A stretch of DNA of 64,000 bases from Octopus sinensis (taxonomy: Eukaryota), in the NCBI RefSeq assembly GCF_006345805.1, contig NC_043008.1, positions 74,710,001-74,774,000 of the forward strand, in the 5' to 3' direction. Numbering within the stretch: the first letter of the stretch is position 1; each line of letters begins with the position of its first letter. The translations under genes and the position numbers were made by a program. Below the pieces are notes generated by a model. That model was not told the DNA's origin. It saw nothing but the letters and a program-made list of their open reading frames with translations, and made no database searches. Shown here piece after piece: positions 63,921-64,000 of the stretch.

Positions 63921-64000
63921 CAAGGGGGTGTTGAAAATTTTCTGGCATGAATGGTATCACAAAAGACCAGTCTGGAGGCCCAACCTTCTGTGTTCTTTTA
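63921..64000 (+). mobile_element. Possible mariner-type TIR start, truncated by the window edge
   Basis: TA|CAAGGGGGTGTTGAAAATTTTCTGGC resembles mariner TA|CGAGGGG...GAAAAGT termini; no partner is visible. Confidence 0.4.

Overview
AT-rich, microsatellite-saturated eukaryotic intergenic or intronic DNA. The SINE, RTE and Penelope content suggests an octopod cephalopod; this is inference from family resemblance, not a database hit. I can support no intact host gene, tRNA, rRNA or CRISPR array, and most ORF-track entries are translated microsatellites or antisense shadows. The window is mostly transposon remnants: three distinct Penelope-like element (PLE) lineages (a near-full-length decayed RT plus GIY-YIG copy at 768-3355, an uninterrupted GIY-YIG 3' fragment at 56841-57446, a decayed Poseidon-type RT at ~59.6-61.0 kb), a full-length mariner and a full-length Tc1-like element with TIRs, a hAT BED-finger fragment, Helitron helicase and non-autonomous Helitron-like copies, RTE, CR1 and probable L1-type LINE pieces, several tRNA-derived SINE families, and several foldback/MITE palindromes. 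The most notable signal is a set of hand-foldable type I hammerhead ribozyme motifs from at least four unrelated sequence families (9.2, 43.5, 56.1-56.2, 58.4 kb, plus a decayed one at 48.4 kb). Most carry non-canonical cores, dimer-only stem III palindromes, an 85-nt loop II insert, or an inverted divergent pairing, and only one is attached to a PLE ORF. There are also two near-identical tandem duplications bounded by microsatellites, a TA-centred inverted duplication, a five-copy CRE-N10-CCAAT array in a PLE 3' region, and a perfect C-MARE palindrome. All structures were derived by eye and none has been computed or tested.
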